Shown one piece after another: positions 40,693 to 53,958 of a stretch of DNA of 64,000 nt. The first letter of the stretch is position 1, and each line of letters opens with the position of its first letter. The translations under genes and the position numbers were made by a program. Under the pieces are notes generated by a model that did no database searches, had not been told where the DNA came from, and worked only from the letters and a program-made list of their open reading frames with translations. This DNA comes from Octopus vulgaris. Its lineage: Eukaryota. The stretch lies in contig OX597818.1 in the NCBI GenBank assembly GCA_951406725.2, positions 15,190,001 through 15,254,000 of the forward strand. The letters run 5' to 3'.

Positions 40693-42783
40693 TTGTCATT
40701 TACTTTTAATCTGCATGTTTGATGCAATCACCTGCCGGGGCACACCCAGCGCCCTAGGGCAAGTGAAGGTTAAGAGTTGTTGAAATATAGCTGAAAGCTT
40801 GGGGAGGGGAAGTAGAGAAATATCTCCATGTAATACAAACACAAACATTTACATTGATAGGGTTTTTCTAAGGATGTGGGCAGTACTTGTTAGCACAATC
40901 TTTTGGATTTCCTTGAGACATGGTTTTCCAGGGATATTGTCTAGGTGTTTCTGACATCCCTTTTTTATCATACCTAGGGCACCTACAATAACAGGAACAG
41001 TTTTTGTTTTAAGATTCCACATCCTCTGTATTTCGATTTCCAGGTCCTTATATTTACTAAGTTTGTCAAATTCCTTGACAGATACATTTTTATCAGTGGG
41101 GACGCTTACTTCTATTAGTCTGCAGGTATTTTCTTCCCTGTCTTTAACAATTATGTCTGGTCGATTAGCCTTGATCGTTCTGTCAGTGTTGACTGGAAAA
41201 TCCCAGAGGATGGTGACATCTTTACCTTCAACAACTGGCTGAGGATGGTGTTCATACCAGTTAGCAGGAGTGTCGGATTTGTAGTGTTTACATATCTTCC
41301 AATGTATATACTGTCCTACCCTATCGTGGCGATTTTTGTATTCGTTTGGTGTCAGCACAGGACATCCCGAAACGAGATGGTCTATTGTTTCGTCAAATGT
41401 GTCACAGAATCTGCATTTAGGGTCAGTACCGTTTCGGAGAACGTTAGCCTGGTAATTTCTGGTAAACAAGCTTTGATCTTGTGCTGCCATTATGAAGCCT
41501 TCAGTCTCTGCTTTCAATCCAGAACTCTTCAGCCACTGATGGGTTGTTGCTTGGTCTACATCAGCATTTTGGCTTCAGAGAATGTATTGTCCATGCAGGG
41601 GCTTCTGGCTCCACCGCCTCTCAATTTGATTCTGCCCATTCTTTTTTGCAGTCTGCCTGATTCGCTTTGCTTGCTTGGTAGCAGTGGTTTCTGGCTCTTC
41701 ACCTGATTCAAGGTTAATGCCTAGTTCCCTTTCGAACTTATAAGCTTCCTTGACAATAGAATGCAGCTTTTTGCTGCTTTCGTGTTCACACACAAGTCGC
41801 AGCATCCAGTCTTTTGTACTAGATAGGTACCTGTTCATTCCTACAGTAGAGGTCTTATAGCACAGCTCCAATTGCATCATTCCTCTCCCCCCGCTGCTTC
41901 TAGGTAGGTACAAGCGGTCTACATCTGCCTTAGGGTGGTGCATGCTCCTGGATGTCAGTAACTTTCTTGTCTTCCTGTCCAAGCGTTGGAGTTCCGTAAG
42001 GTTCCAGTTAATGATGTTAAAACTGTACTGGACTACTGGAAGTGCCAGGGTGTTAATGGCCTCAATGCAATTTTTGGAGTTGAGTTCAGTCTTCAGTACA
42101 AGCCTTATTCTCCTATAGTACTCCTTTCTTATTTTTTCCTTCATAGTAGCATGATGTATACCATCTCCTTCGTTGATTCCTAGGTATTTGTAGCTTTCTT
42201 GTGGGTCAAGTTCCTTGATGGTAGTGTCAATATCTAATTTAACAGAAGCTGTTTGCCTGAGCTTGCCTCTTACAAAAGTTGCTTTAGCACACTTATCAAG
42301 GCCAAAATCCATTCCGATATCATTGCTAAACTCTTTAACAGTTGTTAGCAGCCCTTCTAGCTCTTGGTCATTCTTGGCAAACAGCTTTAGATCGTCCATA
42401 TAAAAAAGGTGGTTTATTAACTTGCTAAAAACTTTGTACCCATATCTGGCACTATCCAATTCGTTTGAGAGTGGGATCAGTGCCATGCAAAAAAGTAATG
42501 GAGAGAGGGAGTCACCTTGAAAGACGCCTCATTTGATGTTGATGCTGTTGGACTGGCTCATCCCATTACTATGGTTTAGAAAGAGACGTGTGTTCCACAT
42601 GGTCATGCTATTCTCTAAGAATTTTGAGACGACAGGGGAGATCTTGTATATCTCAAGGGCCTTGAGTATCCATTTATGTGGGACACTGTCATACGCTTTC
42701 CTGTAGTCTATCCATGCCATACTCAGGTTTTTGTTTTTGCTCCGGCAATTCTCTACAATCATTCTGTTTATGAGCAATTGGTC
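40693..42783 (-). mobile_element. 5'-truncated R4/Dong-like non-LTR retrotransposon (RT + zinc knuckle + restriction-like endonuclease)
   Basis: WIDYRKAYDSVPH, LFYMDDLK, CRFC...HLVSGC, RHD, RPDI..IEV..K; flanked by (TTA)n; frameshifts. Confidence 0.9.
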
Positions 42784-42814
<31 letters not shown>

Positions 42815-42816
42815 CA

Positions 42817-42888
<72 letters not shown>

Positions 42889-43110
42889 TCACTGCCTGGA
42901 ATCGAAATCGGAATCTTGGGGTTAGTAGCCCGTGCTCTTAACCACTATGCCATATGTCCATGGCTGTAGTGGTTAAGATTCTGAGTTCGATTCCTGGCAG
43001 TGACCTGAATAATAATAATGATAATAATAATAATAATAATAATGATAATAATAACAACAACATAGAAAAATACCTAAGGAATGAAAACCCAGTTTCGAAA
43101 TTTCCTCAAG

Positions 43111-43154
43111 ACACCTGATGAAGGCTGGAGAGTACATCAGCCGAAACATTGTGT
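43111..43154 (+). ncRNA. Minimal hammerhead motif, copy B
   Basis: ACAC-CTGATGA-A-GGCTG-gagagtacat-CAGCC-GAAA-CA-TT-GTGT. Confidence 0.62.
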
Positions 43155-43690
43155 TAACAACAAACAAGATGAGGACAAATATCCATCAATTGTAAATAAT
43201 GTAAATAATGTAAATAAGAAATCAATGTTTAATGTTTTCTTATCTCTGATAACATTTTAAATACAACTACATCAGGTAGAGCCACCACATTTGTTAATCA
43301 TTTCATCTCTATCAACTCTACTTACAAGCACATATGCACACAAAACAAATCTCTTCTTCCAAATTTTCCATCTCTCTCTCTCTCAAGGTACATACATACA
43401 TAATGCAATGCTAAATTTTTCAAGGCCCTTTAAAATATTGTTGTGGATCCCTGATTTACTATTTTGTTCAAGGACCCTGGTTGGGAAACACTGGTGTATA
43501 TCAAAACTTTCACACCATTCTGTTTTATCATCGGTGCAGGAGTGACCATGTGGTTGGTAAGCAAGCTACTTACCACATAGTTCCAGGTTCAGTCCCACTG
43601 CGTGGCACCTTGGGCAAGTGTCTTCTACTATAGCCTCGGACCGACCAAAGCCTTGTGAGTGGATTTGGTAGACAGAAACTGAAAGAAGCC

Positions 43691-43738
<48 letters not shown>

Positions 43739-44019
43739 GTGTCTATGTTTGTCATCCAACATCGCTTGACAACCGATGCTGGTGTGTTTACGTCCTCGTA
43801 ACTTAGCGGTTCGGCAAAAGAGATCGATAGAATAAGTACTAGGCTCACAAGGAATAAGTTCTGGGGTCGATTTGCTCAACTAAAGGTGGTGCTCCAGCAT
43901 GGCTGCAGCCAAATGACTGAAACAAGTAAAAGAGTAAAAAGAGTATAGTAACATTTCCTTCTTCAATGTATTTTCCTAGTAAATTTATGGATTACATTAT
44001 TTACAGTCTTCCTTTTCAG

Positions 44020-44180
44020 TAAAAAAAGATGCAAAAGCAGGTGATGCAGAAGGTAAGAGGTCTGGTGCAAGAGACAGTGTAACTGCTAGCAGTTTGAAAG
44101 GTGTTGCTGGAGAGCGGATTCTGAAAGCTCTTCAGAAAGTAGAAGAAATTAAACAAAAGAGAGTTAAAAGAAAAGAGCAG
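44020..44180 (+). CDS. CFAP44: CFAP44 exon 10 (KKDAKAGD...KRVKRKEQ)
   Basis: tttcag acceptor, gtgagt donor, 161 nt, phase 1 to 0. Confidence 0.85.
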
Positions 44181-44974
44181 GTGAGTTTGGAAGTAAAATT
44201 CCTGAGCAAGATTCTCAACACTTTCTTTTTCATAATTTTATGTCTGCAAGTAATTGCAGCAGTTGTATTAAATATCCAACTATTTAATTAGAGTTAAGAC
44301 TATTGAAAAGGTTGCAAGACGCAACGAAAATTTTAGGAAAATAAAAATAAGAAATAAGTGGAAATTTTACCGGTGAGTGTGTTACATTATAAGGCACAAA
44401 AAGAAAATGACTCTTCCCAGACACAACAGAATAATTAGTTCAAGTTTTTCTGCAAAACTATGAAAGGTAATGTATCAGAAAGTACAGTCCAGTGCCCAGC
44501 CTTTAATGAAGATCTTCACTCTTTCTGGTCATTTGATCCAGATCTTCGTTCCAATTCATTCTGTTTCATTGCCAGTTTACAAAAGTAACACAAAGGTAAC
44601 TGTTTATTAATATCTTACACATTTGTCAGAGATTATACAGCTACGAAATATCTAATGAGTTTACTTACAGTGTCATTTACATTAAGATATTTTACTTTGT
44701 AAAACCTAGAAGGAAGAATGCAGTTATCATAAAACATATTTGATTTCTTTCGAAGGTTTCACAGTTTCATATTAGTTTATTAAATTCAAATTAATTCTTC
44801 TTGGAATCAGTATAATCCTGAGGCAAAGTAAAAATCGTTAAAATATCCAGTAGTGTGCTATGTTTGGTACTTGGTCCATGCAGCCATCATCATGAATTAT
44901 CATAAATAATTTTAACATATTTTAAATGATCAAAGGAAAATCTACATTAGTTGTTTCATATTACTTGTTGCCAG

Positions 44975-45163
44975 TGGGATAAACTTTACAGTGAAAAACC
45001 AGCTGATGACTATGAAGATCCAAACGATTTGGCTGCAATTAAAGAAGCCAAAGAAAACATGGGTGATTATAAATTAAAAACTGCTGAAGATTATGTTGTA
45101 CCAGACCTTTTGAGGATGAATACAACCAAAGCTAGGCTCAAGCTCTTCCTGCTTGTTGAACAT
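44975..45163 (+). CDS. CFAP44: CFAP44 exon 11 (WDKLYSEKPADDYEDPND...MGDYKLKTAEDYVVP)
   Basis: gccag acceptor, gtgagt donor, 189 nt, phase 0 to 0; KP.DDYEDP.D...MGD..LKTA.DY motif characteristic of CFAP44. Confidence 0.95.
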
Positions 45164-45580
45164 GTGAGTAACTTTAACCCTGTTGACACCAATTCACCCA
45201 ATATTGCCTTGGTTCTATGATGTGTTTCTTTATTAGCTACATAAGGCTTAACACAGAGGGGACAAATTACAAAGTAGAGCTTTTCTTTTGGGGGAGAAAA
45301 ACAAAAAGAAAGGAAAAAGAAGTGGGGTAGGTTTTCGATCAAAAGGGATCGTAAAAAAGAAAGAAAAAAAACAATCAATAGGGATCGTGTATCACAGAAA
45401 TGTCATGATGTACATTGTAAAGGGGGAAACAGATAAGGGTTTATCCATGGAAAGAAAAGCCTATGGAAAAGACCACGGTAACCTCGGTCAATAATGTCAC
45501 ATGTTAACACATTTATTTACAGAAACTTATCTTTTTAAAGTGATCTAAATCAAAACCTATCAAATTTACATGTTAATCTA

Positions 45581-46515
45581 TGAGGTGGTGTTAAAAGGTT
45601 CCTGGACTACTTATGTTTAATAGCAAAAGTAACTTATTTACTTTAGTTTTTACATGATCTCCTTCAAAATAATCACCTTGTGTAGCAATATACCAGTCCC
45701 AGCATTCCTGCAACTTTTAGAATCTGGTCTGGAAGTCGTTTTGCATAAGTAAGTTGAGGACCTTTTGTGATTCACTCTTGATTTCGACAACAGAGTTAAA
45801 ACGGTGACCTTTGAGCTTCATTTTTATCTTGGGGTTGAGATAGAAGTCTACAGGTGCTAAATCTTGCAAATAGGGTGTGTCCAGAAATGATACCATGTTG
45901 TTCTTGGCAAGAAACTCATGAGTGAGGAGAGATCAGTGACAGGGTGTATTGTTGTCATGGAGAAATCAGTGACAGGGTGTGTTGTTGTCCTGAAGACTCC
46001 AATTCTTCGCACTCAATAGATCCGGTCACTTTCACTGAATGCCCTCCCTCAAACACTTCAAAACATCACACCAGAGCTCTTGATTAATCGTCAAGCTCTG
46101 GGGAACAAATTCTTGATACATAATACCACAGATGCTGAAAAAAACCATGAGCATGCTCCTGATTGATCTGTGGCTCTGTTGTGCCATTTTTGAAATGCCT
46201 GTGCCACTCAAAACTTTGCATACAACCCATTACTGTATCCCTGTATACCCAATGTCTCTGTAGTAGATTTCCCAAGTTTAACACAAAATTTCACGTTGGC
46301 TCTTTGTTCCAACTTCCTGTCCATGGCAAAAGTCACAGACTACAGCATACATATGGTCACAAAAACACAAATATTCCAACTTGCAAAGCAAGCAGTGATT
46401 TCACTTGGCACACTGCCTCATGAAGGTCACTGCTAGCTCTCACTGTGCACATACCCATGTGCTGCCATCTGTTGGCACATTACAGAACTAGTCTGGGAAC
46501 TTTTTGATACCATCA
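45581..46515 (-). mobile_element. Mariner relic
   Basis: TIR tgaggtggtgttaaaaggttcctggacta / tagtctgggaactttttgataccatca; FEWHRHFKNG helix-turn-helix-like peptide. Confidence 0.75.
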
Positions 46516-47093
46516 AACACCAGCTTATCAGTGGAAGTCATTTTACTAAATTCTTCATTTTCTTAAAGATTAATTGAAACTTGCAGTTCTAAAGACTAAT
46601 TCTATATCCTTATACATCTTGGTTACCTGACATCTACAAGGCCTAAAGTTTTCAAATGATTCATGAAATACTTCACTCGATAGCTATCTTTTGACAACAG
46701 CCATATTTTTAACAAGACAATAGCATAACTGAATACGCACACACACACACACACATTTAGAGGGTTAATTTCATCATTGTTTAACGTCCGCTTTCCATGC
46801 TAGCATGGGTTGGACGATTTGACTGAGATCTGGTGAACCAGATGCCTACACCAGACTCCAATCTGATCTGGCTGAGTTTCTACAGCTGGATGCCCTTCCT
46901 AATGCCAACCACTCCGAGAGTGTAGTGGGTGCTTTTACGTGCCACCGACATGAGGGCCAGTTGAACTAAAACTCCTTAAGACTGCTCTGGCAGAATCACA
47001 GTTCACTGATTAAAACAAGTAAAAGAGAAAATTATTCAGTAAGTTATTTGGTCTGTTTCAAAACTGTTCCTCTTTTCTTCCCTTTTATTTCAG

Positions 47094-47278
47094 ATATCTC
47101 AATATATATCGGATTTCAATGAGAAAATTCTAGAGTTACGCAATGAGAAAAAGAAGCTAGTCAATATAATAGCATTCCTGCATGATGATATTTATAGCAT
47201 TCAAAGCAATATGTCAGCAGAACAAAGACTAACTCTCTCTGAACAACCAAAAATGGTACTAGAAGAGACCCCTGAAAA
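47094..47278 (+). CDS. CFAP44: CFAP44 exon 12 (ISQYISDFNEKILELRNEK...EETPEK)
   Basis: Long pyrimidine tract + ttcag acceptor, gtaata donor, 185 nt, phase 0 to 2. Confidence 0.9.
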
Positions 47279-49399
47279 GTAATATGGCTTTTGTTTTATT
47301 AAATACTTTTGACTAGGCCAAATTTTGTAAGCAATTGAATTGTATAAGTATTTTAATTATTAACTTTTTATTTTAATTAGATTAGATTGGATTAACCTTG
47401 AGGAAGGGATTGTGTTGATGGTCTCCTTGGGTCCTTGATATGGTTAATGTTATCCTCAAAATAGTCGCAAATTGACTGCTGTAGAAGAATCATATGCTGG
47501 GAGAGAATTCCAAAGGCCAACATTCTGAGGAAGAAGGTACTGAGAATGGTGATTTGTTCAAAGAAATCAGATGAATAACTAAAATAATTGTTGAACAGGA
47601 CACCAGTGTGTTCTAGGGTTGATGTTCAGTGGCAGTTAGTATGCATTTAGCAGCTGGCACTCTGTTGGCTATGACGACAAGGGTTCCAGGTGATCCAATC
47701 AAAGGAACAACCTGCTTGTGAAATTAAAGTGCAAGTGGCTGAACACTCCACTGAAATGCATACCGTTAATGTAGTTCTCAGGAAGATTCAGCATGATGCA
47801 GAATGTGACAATGGTGGCTCTTTCAAATACAGGTACTACTCATCTTTACCAGCTGAGCAGACTACCAGCTGAGCAACATGAAATAAACTATCTTGCTCAA
47901 AGACACAACATGCCACTGGGAGTTGAACTCACGATCTTACAAATGTGAGTCAATTACCCTAACCACTAAGCCATGCACCTTCACGGTACTCATTTATAAT
48001 GAGTACTCATTTATAAAGCAATGTGAAATGAAGTGCCTTGTTCAAGGACACAGCACACCATCAAGTTCACAAATGAACTTTACAATTATGAGTCCACTAT
48101 CCTACTCACTTGGCCATGTGTATCTAGGGTTACACTATCTAATGTGCAGATTTCTTTCTTAACTCAGTAACCTTGTGATATGCAAAAAATTTGGCTGACT
48201 TTTCATGGTAGTAGAGTAACCATGTTGCTTAACATTTGTAGTTAGTCTGATGAAGTGGCTCAGTGCCCACATCTCTCCAAGGCAGTAATTCTTAATCTGG
48301 ATGGAAGTGCCCTTTAAAAGGTATTGTGAGTTTACCAGGAGGTAGTAAAATGTCCTGTGGTTTCTACATGAAGCACTAAGTCTTTAGAAGAAGTGTGTGA
48401 TTTTTCTTAGCATTAAAATATTTAAACCAGGTACCATACTTATATTTTGAATACATTTTCAACAAAAATCTTTGTCAGGATTAATATAGGAATAGATATG
48501 TTATCAAGGAGGAGAAATAGGACTGATGATATGTTGAGGTCCAATATAATTTTATTGTAAAAATCTGTCCTTCCTTAGTAACTTCCATAAAGATTTAACT
48601 CAGGGGTTACTAGTCCATGCAAACATTTTGAGGTGAATATTGGATAAGATAACATAAGGACATATAGATAATTAACAACTGTACAAAATTAGCTCCTGGT
48701 TCACTGTTTGACTAAAATAATGATTTTAATTTTTTTTTTACAGCTCCACCTCCATTTTTTTTTCTGCAAAACATTCTTAGGGGACATTTGTAAAACACTG
48801 TTTGATGACAGGTGACCATGAGTTACAAAATGTTGAGAACCATTAATCTAAAACAAAATCTCACTAGATGATAGGGTTTTGACTGGGTGAGACTAACAAC
48901 GTCATTTTACTTTCTGGTTAGTGGTAGAAATAAAAACCTGGATTGAGAAAAAACTTAAAGAGATATATTTCTAGGAGAAGTAGGGACTTTATTGTATTGA
49001 AGAATGTCTAAGGAAAAATACCAAAGAATGATTGCTGCATGAAAACTTAAAAATTAAGTAAGGTGCTAGTATAAAAGAAATTTCATTAATCAAAATAACA
49101 CTTGTCTTAGTGATAAGAACAATTTTATTTGAATGACTAATTCTGATCCAGAAAGGCAGGGGAGGCAACCCTTGAATTTATAGTCATCATCATCATTGTC
49201 ATTGCTGTCGTCATCATCATCATCATCATCATCATCACCATCATCATCGTTTTAACCCCCACTTTACCATGTTTTGCCAAAATTCATTGAGGCCAATTTC
49301 CTATGGTCAGATGCTCTTTCTGTCATCAATGCACTCCTGTCTCCAAGCAAATAATATTTCTACTACTCTTTTGAATGGAAAACAGCACTACAGTCAATC

Positions 49400-49504
49400 A
49401 TGTATTTACATTATTTACATTTTGACGGATTTTGTACTCATCCTGTTTGTTGTTAAGACATTCCTAAGGTATTTTTCGATGTTGTGACCTGAATAATAAT
49501 GATG

Positions 49505-49579
<75 letters not shown>

Positions 49580-49752
49580 TCGAAAAATATCTTACAAATA
49601 AGAACCCTGGTTTGAAATTTCCCCAAGACACCTGATGAAGGCTGGAGGGTATATCAGCTGAAACGTTGTGTTAACAACAAATAAGATGAGGACAAATCTG
49701 TCAAACTGTAAATAATGTACATAATTCCTCATCTCTTAAATATAGAACTGTA
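49400..49752 (+). mobile_element. Second inverted-pair copy of the hammerhead SINE-like element (tRNA head deleted)
   Basis: 49400-49484 is a deleted reverse copy of 49577-49725; same 3' end cctcatctcttaaatatagaactgta. Confidence 0.8.
49628..49671 (+). ncRNA. Minimal type-I hammerhead motif, copy C (intact core)
   Basis: ACAC-CTGATGA-A-GGCTG-gagggtatat-CAGCT-GAAA-CG-TT-GTGT; palindromic stem III (ACGT), GUU triplet. Confidence 0.72.
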
Positions 49753-51789
49753 GAATCATGTTTTTGTGCAAAATTGCAAACAAACATCACTAGGCGCAGG
49801 AGTGGCTGTGTGGTAAGTAGCTTGCTAACCAACCACATGGTTCTGGGTTCAGTCCCACTGCGTGGCATCTTGGGCAAGTGTCTTCTGCTATAGCCCTGGG
49901 CCGACCAATGCCTTGTGAGTGGATTTGGTAGACGGAAACTGAAAGAAGCCTGTTGTATATATGTATATATATATATATATGTATGTGTGTGTTTGTGTGT
50001 CTGTGTTTGTCCCCCTAGCATTGCTTGACAACCGATGCTGGTGTGTTTACGTCCCCGTCACTAGCGGTTCGGCAAAAGAGACCGATAGAATAAGCTTAAA
50101 AAGAATAAGTCCCGGTGCTCCAGCATGGCCGCAGTCAAATGACTGAAACAAGTAAAAGATTGAAAAAGAGAAAGAGTGATATGCATATGCTACACACACA
50201 TGACAGGCTTCTTTTCGTTTTCATTGACTAAATCAGCTTACAAGGCTTTTGTTGGTTCACTAAAAGACACTCACTGAAAATACTGCACTGTGGACATGAA
50301 CTTAAAATCATACGATTACAAAATGAACTTTGTAACCGCACAACTATTTCTGAGCCTGCCCATCCACATGAAGTGAGGAATACCATGAGAACTGAGTCCA
50401 ATCTTTGGTTGTCCAGGACATCTTTGCACTTGTTTCAGTTTCTTTAGACCGAACCAGCCAAGCATAACTGTGCAGTACAACATTTGCCCTTGGTTAGCAA
50501 CTGCTATTTCCTATTTGCTTACTCCTAGAAAGAGAAAAAAAGAAAGCTGAATAGTAGGCAAAATGTACACTGCTTTTCTTTCTGTCTACTAACTGACCTT
50601 CAACGTTTATATTAAGGTAGCAAGCTGTCTAAGTTGTTAGAGCATCTGATAGAATGCCTCACAGAATTTGTCCTGACTCTCATTCCAACCACAACCATTC
50701 TCTCTTTCTCTATCATTCTCCAATATGTACTCTATCATTCTCCAATATGTACAATCAGATATGATATGAAGAAGATCTCACTGGTTTTACTAGCTGGCAA
50801 TAACAGCAGTTGACAAAAGTAGAAGTGGGTGCTGAGATAAAGGCAAGAGTAGGTGAAGGGTAGCAACAGAGGTTGTTCAGAGAGGAATAGGAGTGCTGGC
50901 TGGCAACACAGCATAGTGAAGTTAAAGTGTATTGGATAGAGGATGATGGTAGCCAAATGCAGCTTCTTATATACTACTGAAGGGCAAGTGGGCAGTGATG
51001 AAGATGATGTGATCAGCAGCAGGTGGTAAGGACATGATAGATGGAGAGCTCTTAGGCAAAAGGGAAGGTAGGAGCAGAGATGATTAGGTAGAGAGATGGA
51101 GGTGGAGCAAGGATGCTAAGTGAAGTGAAACAAACAAAGGCCTGGGTAGGTAGAGGGCAGCAAATGTAGGCTTAAAAGTACCACATTATGGGGTGACAGT
51201 AGATTTTCATGATGGAGCACTGGAATAACAGGTGATTACTAGACTAAGCTACCATCTTTTTCTATTTTCTATTTTTTCAGTTTCTTTTATTTTTTAGCTT
51301 ATATTTTAATTCAGCACTGTACAATCTCTTCTACATCCAACATTATTAGCTCTTTATATTGAATAATCAGATAGAATTAATTATACTGTGTAACATGATC
51401 TTTGTCTTTGGGTAGCAACTGTTATTTTTTATTTGCTTATTAATAGAGAGTTTGAAAAAAAGCTAATGTTTCTTTCAAACTTTGCTTTTGCTACATTCAT
51501 TCAAACCGCAAAGAATCCCTCTCAACACATGACTGCAATGCTCCCCTGCTATTCCTGCTCATGGTCAGAGATATATCATGTATAAATTTTGTAGTTTATA
51601 TTGTAGAATAGTAGGAGAAAAACAGTAATAAAAAAGAAAAAAAACAGGCAGCAGCTACAAAGTGTTAGTAAGGGTCAGGAGATAAAATGAGCAAGAGCAT
51701 AAGTCAACTGAGTTATATATATATAGAATAGCCTTGTTCAATATAACAGTGTCATTTATCTGTTCATATGCTCCACATATCAAATTGGC

Positions 51790-53033
51790 AGATGATCAGA
51801 AGGATCATTTCTATTAATATTTTTTGCAGACTACCACGATGACAAAGGACAAAGACATTATCATCATGGCTGGGACTTCAATGGTCGGATTTTATGGAAT
51901 GCTTGGAGGTTATGGCTTTGGCTCCAAAAATGAGGAGGAACAAAGCTGCTGGAGTTTTATGATATAATGACTTACTGGTTTGCAATATAAACTTTAGGAA
52001 ACTGCCAGCCATTTCATCACTTACCAATCTGGTGGGCTCGCTAGCCAGATTGACTTCATTCTCACCAGAAACCTGGACAGGCAGTTGCTTGTAAATGCAA
52101 AATCCTTCTCATGTGAAGAATGTGCAATTCAACGTAGGTTAGCGGTTAACGACTTAGGGCCTGAAGGACCCAGAGATACAAACCACTTTGGAAAATGAGG
52201 TTACAGGAGATAAGGAATCCTTCAAATAGGCAGAAATTTAGAGATGTTCTCAATGAAGCATTTGATGAGGAGGAAAAGACAGAGATATGACATAGAGGAC
52301 AACTGGAAGTTCTTACTGGATAATCTACTCAGGGCAATAGATGAAATCTGTGGTTGGAGCAAAGGTTCAGCAAGATCAAGTGCAACATTGTGTTGGAACA
52401 GTGAGGTTGACAGGACTATAAAAGGGAAGAGACAGGTTTGGAAAGAGTATAAAAGTATGGGTAATGAAGAAGTATATCAGATAGCTAAAAGGGAAGTTAG
52501 GGATCTCATTTATCTAGTTCAGGCAAAAAGAGAATGGAAGAAGTTTGCCAATGTCTTGCAGCATGAAGATCAGAGACTTGAGGTGTTCCAGATTGCTGGA
52601 CTGTGTGCCAGAGAGTATCGAGGTATTGTGAGAGATAAGTATGTATGGATGGATAATAATATGCTTGCATTTAGTGATTTTGAAAAGAAAGAGGTGTGGA
52701 AGAGTGACTGTGAAAGGCTATTAAATGTGGAGGATGAATATGAGAAAGGGAGCAGCCCCCATGTGAACACAACAGAAGGACCAGCTTCTTAGTGGACAGC
52801 GGTAAGGTAGATAAGGCAATTAAAGATATGAAGACAGGGAAAGCCTCTGGTCCATCAGCAGTCACTGTTGAGGTGCTTAAAATATCTGGTAGAGTAGGAT
52901 ATGGCCTAATCACCTGTATAGTAAATCAGGTCATTCAGGAAAGCATAATCCCCACTGACTGGTGTAGCATCATCATGGTCAATAGTTACATGGATAAAAG
53001 AGATGCCTTAGATAGAATTAATTATAGAGGCAT
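51790..53033 (+). mobile_element. RTE-clade LINE relic (related to the 12.7-14.9 kb copy)
   Basis: KAIKDMKTGKASGPS, DALDRINYRGI; cut off by a family C SINE. Confidence 0.8.
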
Positions 53034-53339
53034 CATCATCATCGTCGTTTAACATCCGTTTTCCATGCTAGCATGGATTGGACGGTTCGACTGGGGTCTA
53101 GGAAGCCAGGAGGCTGCACCAGGCTCCAGTCTGATCTGGCAGCGTTTCTACAGCTGGATGCCCTTCCTAACGCCAACCACTCTGTGAGTGTAGTGGGTGC
53201 TTTTTACATGCCCCTGGCACAAGTGCCAGGAGAGGCTGGCAACGGCTATGATCAGTTGGTGCTTTTTACGTGCCACCAGCACAGAAGCCAGTCACTGTAA
53301 CAGATACTGTAACAAAATTATTTTTGAGGGTTTTTTTGT

Positions 53340-53785
53340 GTTTTTGGTCAGTAAGTGTTATTTCCTATTTGCTTCTATCTAGAAATCAAAGGAAATGACT
53401 ACTATTCCCTTCAAAGTTTGCTTTTGTGACCTGGACATCAGTGTTTTGAAACTGACCTATTTTTCATTACATTTCAGACAAATTCAGTGCTGAGTTGCTG
53501 AAGCAGAAATATCAATATAACAAATATTCTGCTCAATACCACAGATTTCCTTGTCACTTGCTTGACCTTAATCACTTGCATATGTCCCTTAGTGTCTGAT
53601 AATATGTGCATCTCTGATCATGAGCAAGAATAGTGGAGGAGCATTATAGTCATGTATTGATAGGGACTCTTTGGGGGTTTGAATAAATGCAACAAAAGCA
53701 AAGTTTGAAGGAAATATTAGCCATTTTTCATATTTTCTAGGGGTAAGCAAATAGGAAATAACAGTTGCTACCCAAGGACAAAAAA
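53340..53785. mobile_element. MITE-like element with ~90-bp imperfect inverted ends (related ends at ~50485-50530 and 51400-51495)
   Basis: gttatttcctatttgctt...cttcaaagtttgcttttg / caaaagcaaagtttgaag...aagcaaataggaaataac. Confidence 0.6.
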
Positions 53786-53958
53786 TTGTGTTACAAAGTC
53801 TTATCTTATGTCATTTGACATCTTATTATCCAGAACTTATATGAAATTGATAGAGCTCATGCTTCACATTTTCAATGCCTGTGTTGCAATATCTATGTTT
53901 AATAATGTTCAAACATTCGTCATTCTCAAATATACTTATTTCTACTTATTTTCAATAG

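Larger units (their letters stand above)
40459..43217. mobile_element. Head-to-head pair of a tRNA-headed, hammerhead-bearing SINE-like element; left arm split by an R4/Dong-like LINE
   Basis: 40505-40690 plus 42784-42955 are reverse-complementary to 42961-43217; tRNA A/B boxes at the centre. Confidence 0.8.

Noticed and set aside
42884-42955. tRNA-like sequence with an ACT anticodon loop
   Set aside because: Acceptor and T stems do not pair properly and it runs into a repeat body; it is a SINE head, not a tRNA gene.
44001-44019. Upstream alternative acceptor ttacag at 44006 for exon 10
   Set aside because: Adds 13 nt and breaks the frame; the AG ending at 44019 restores phase.
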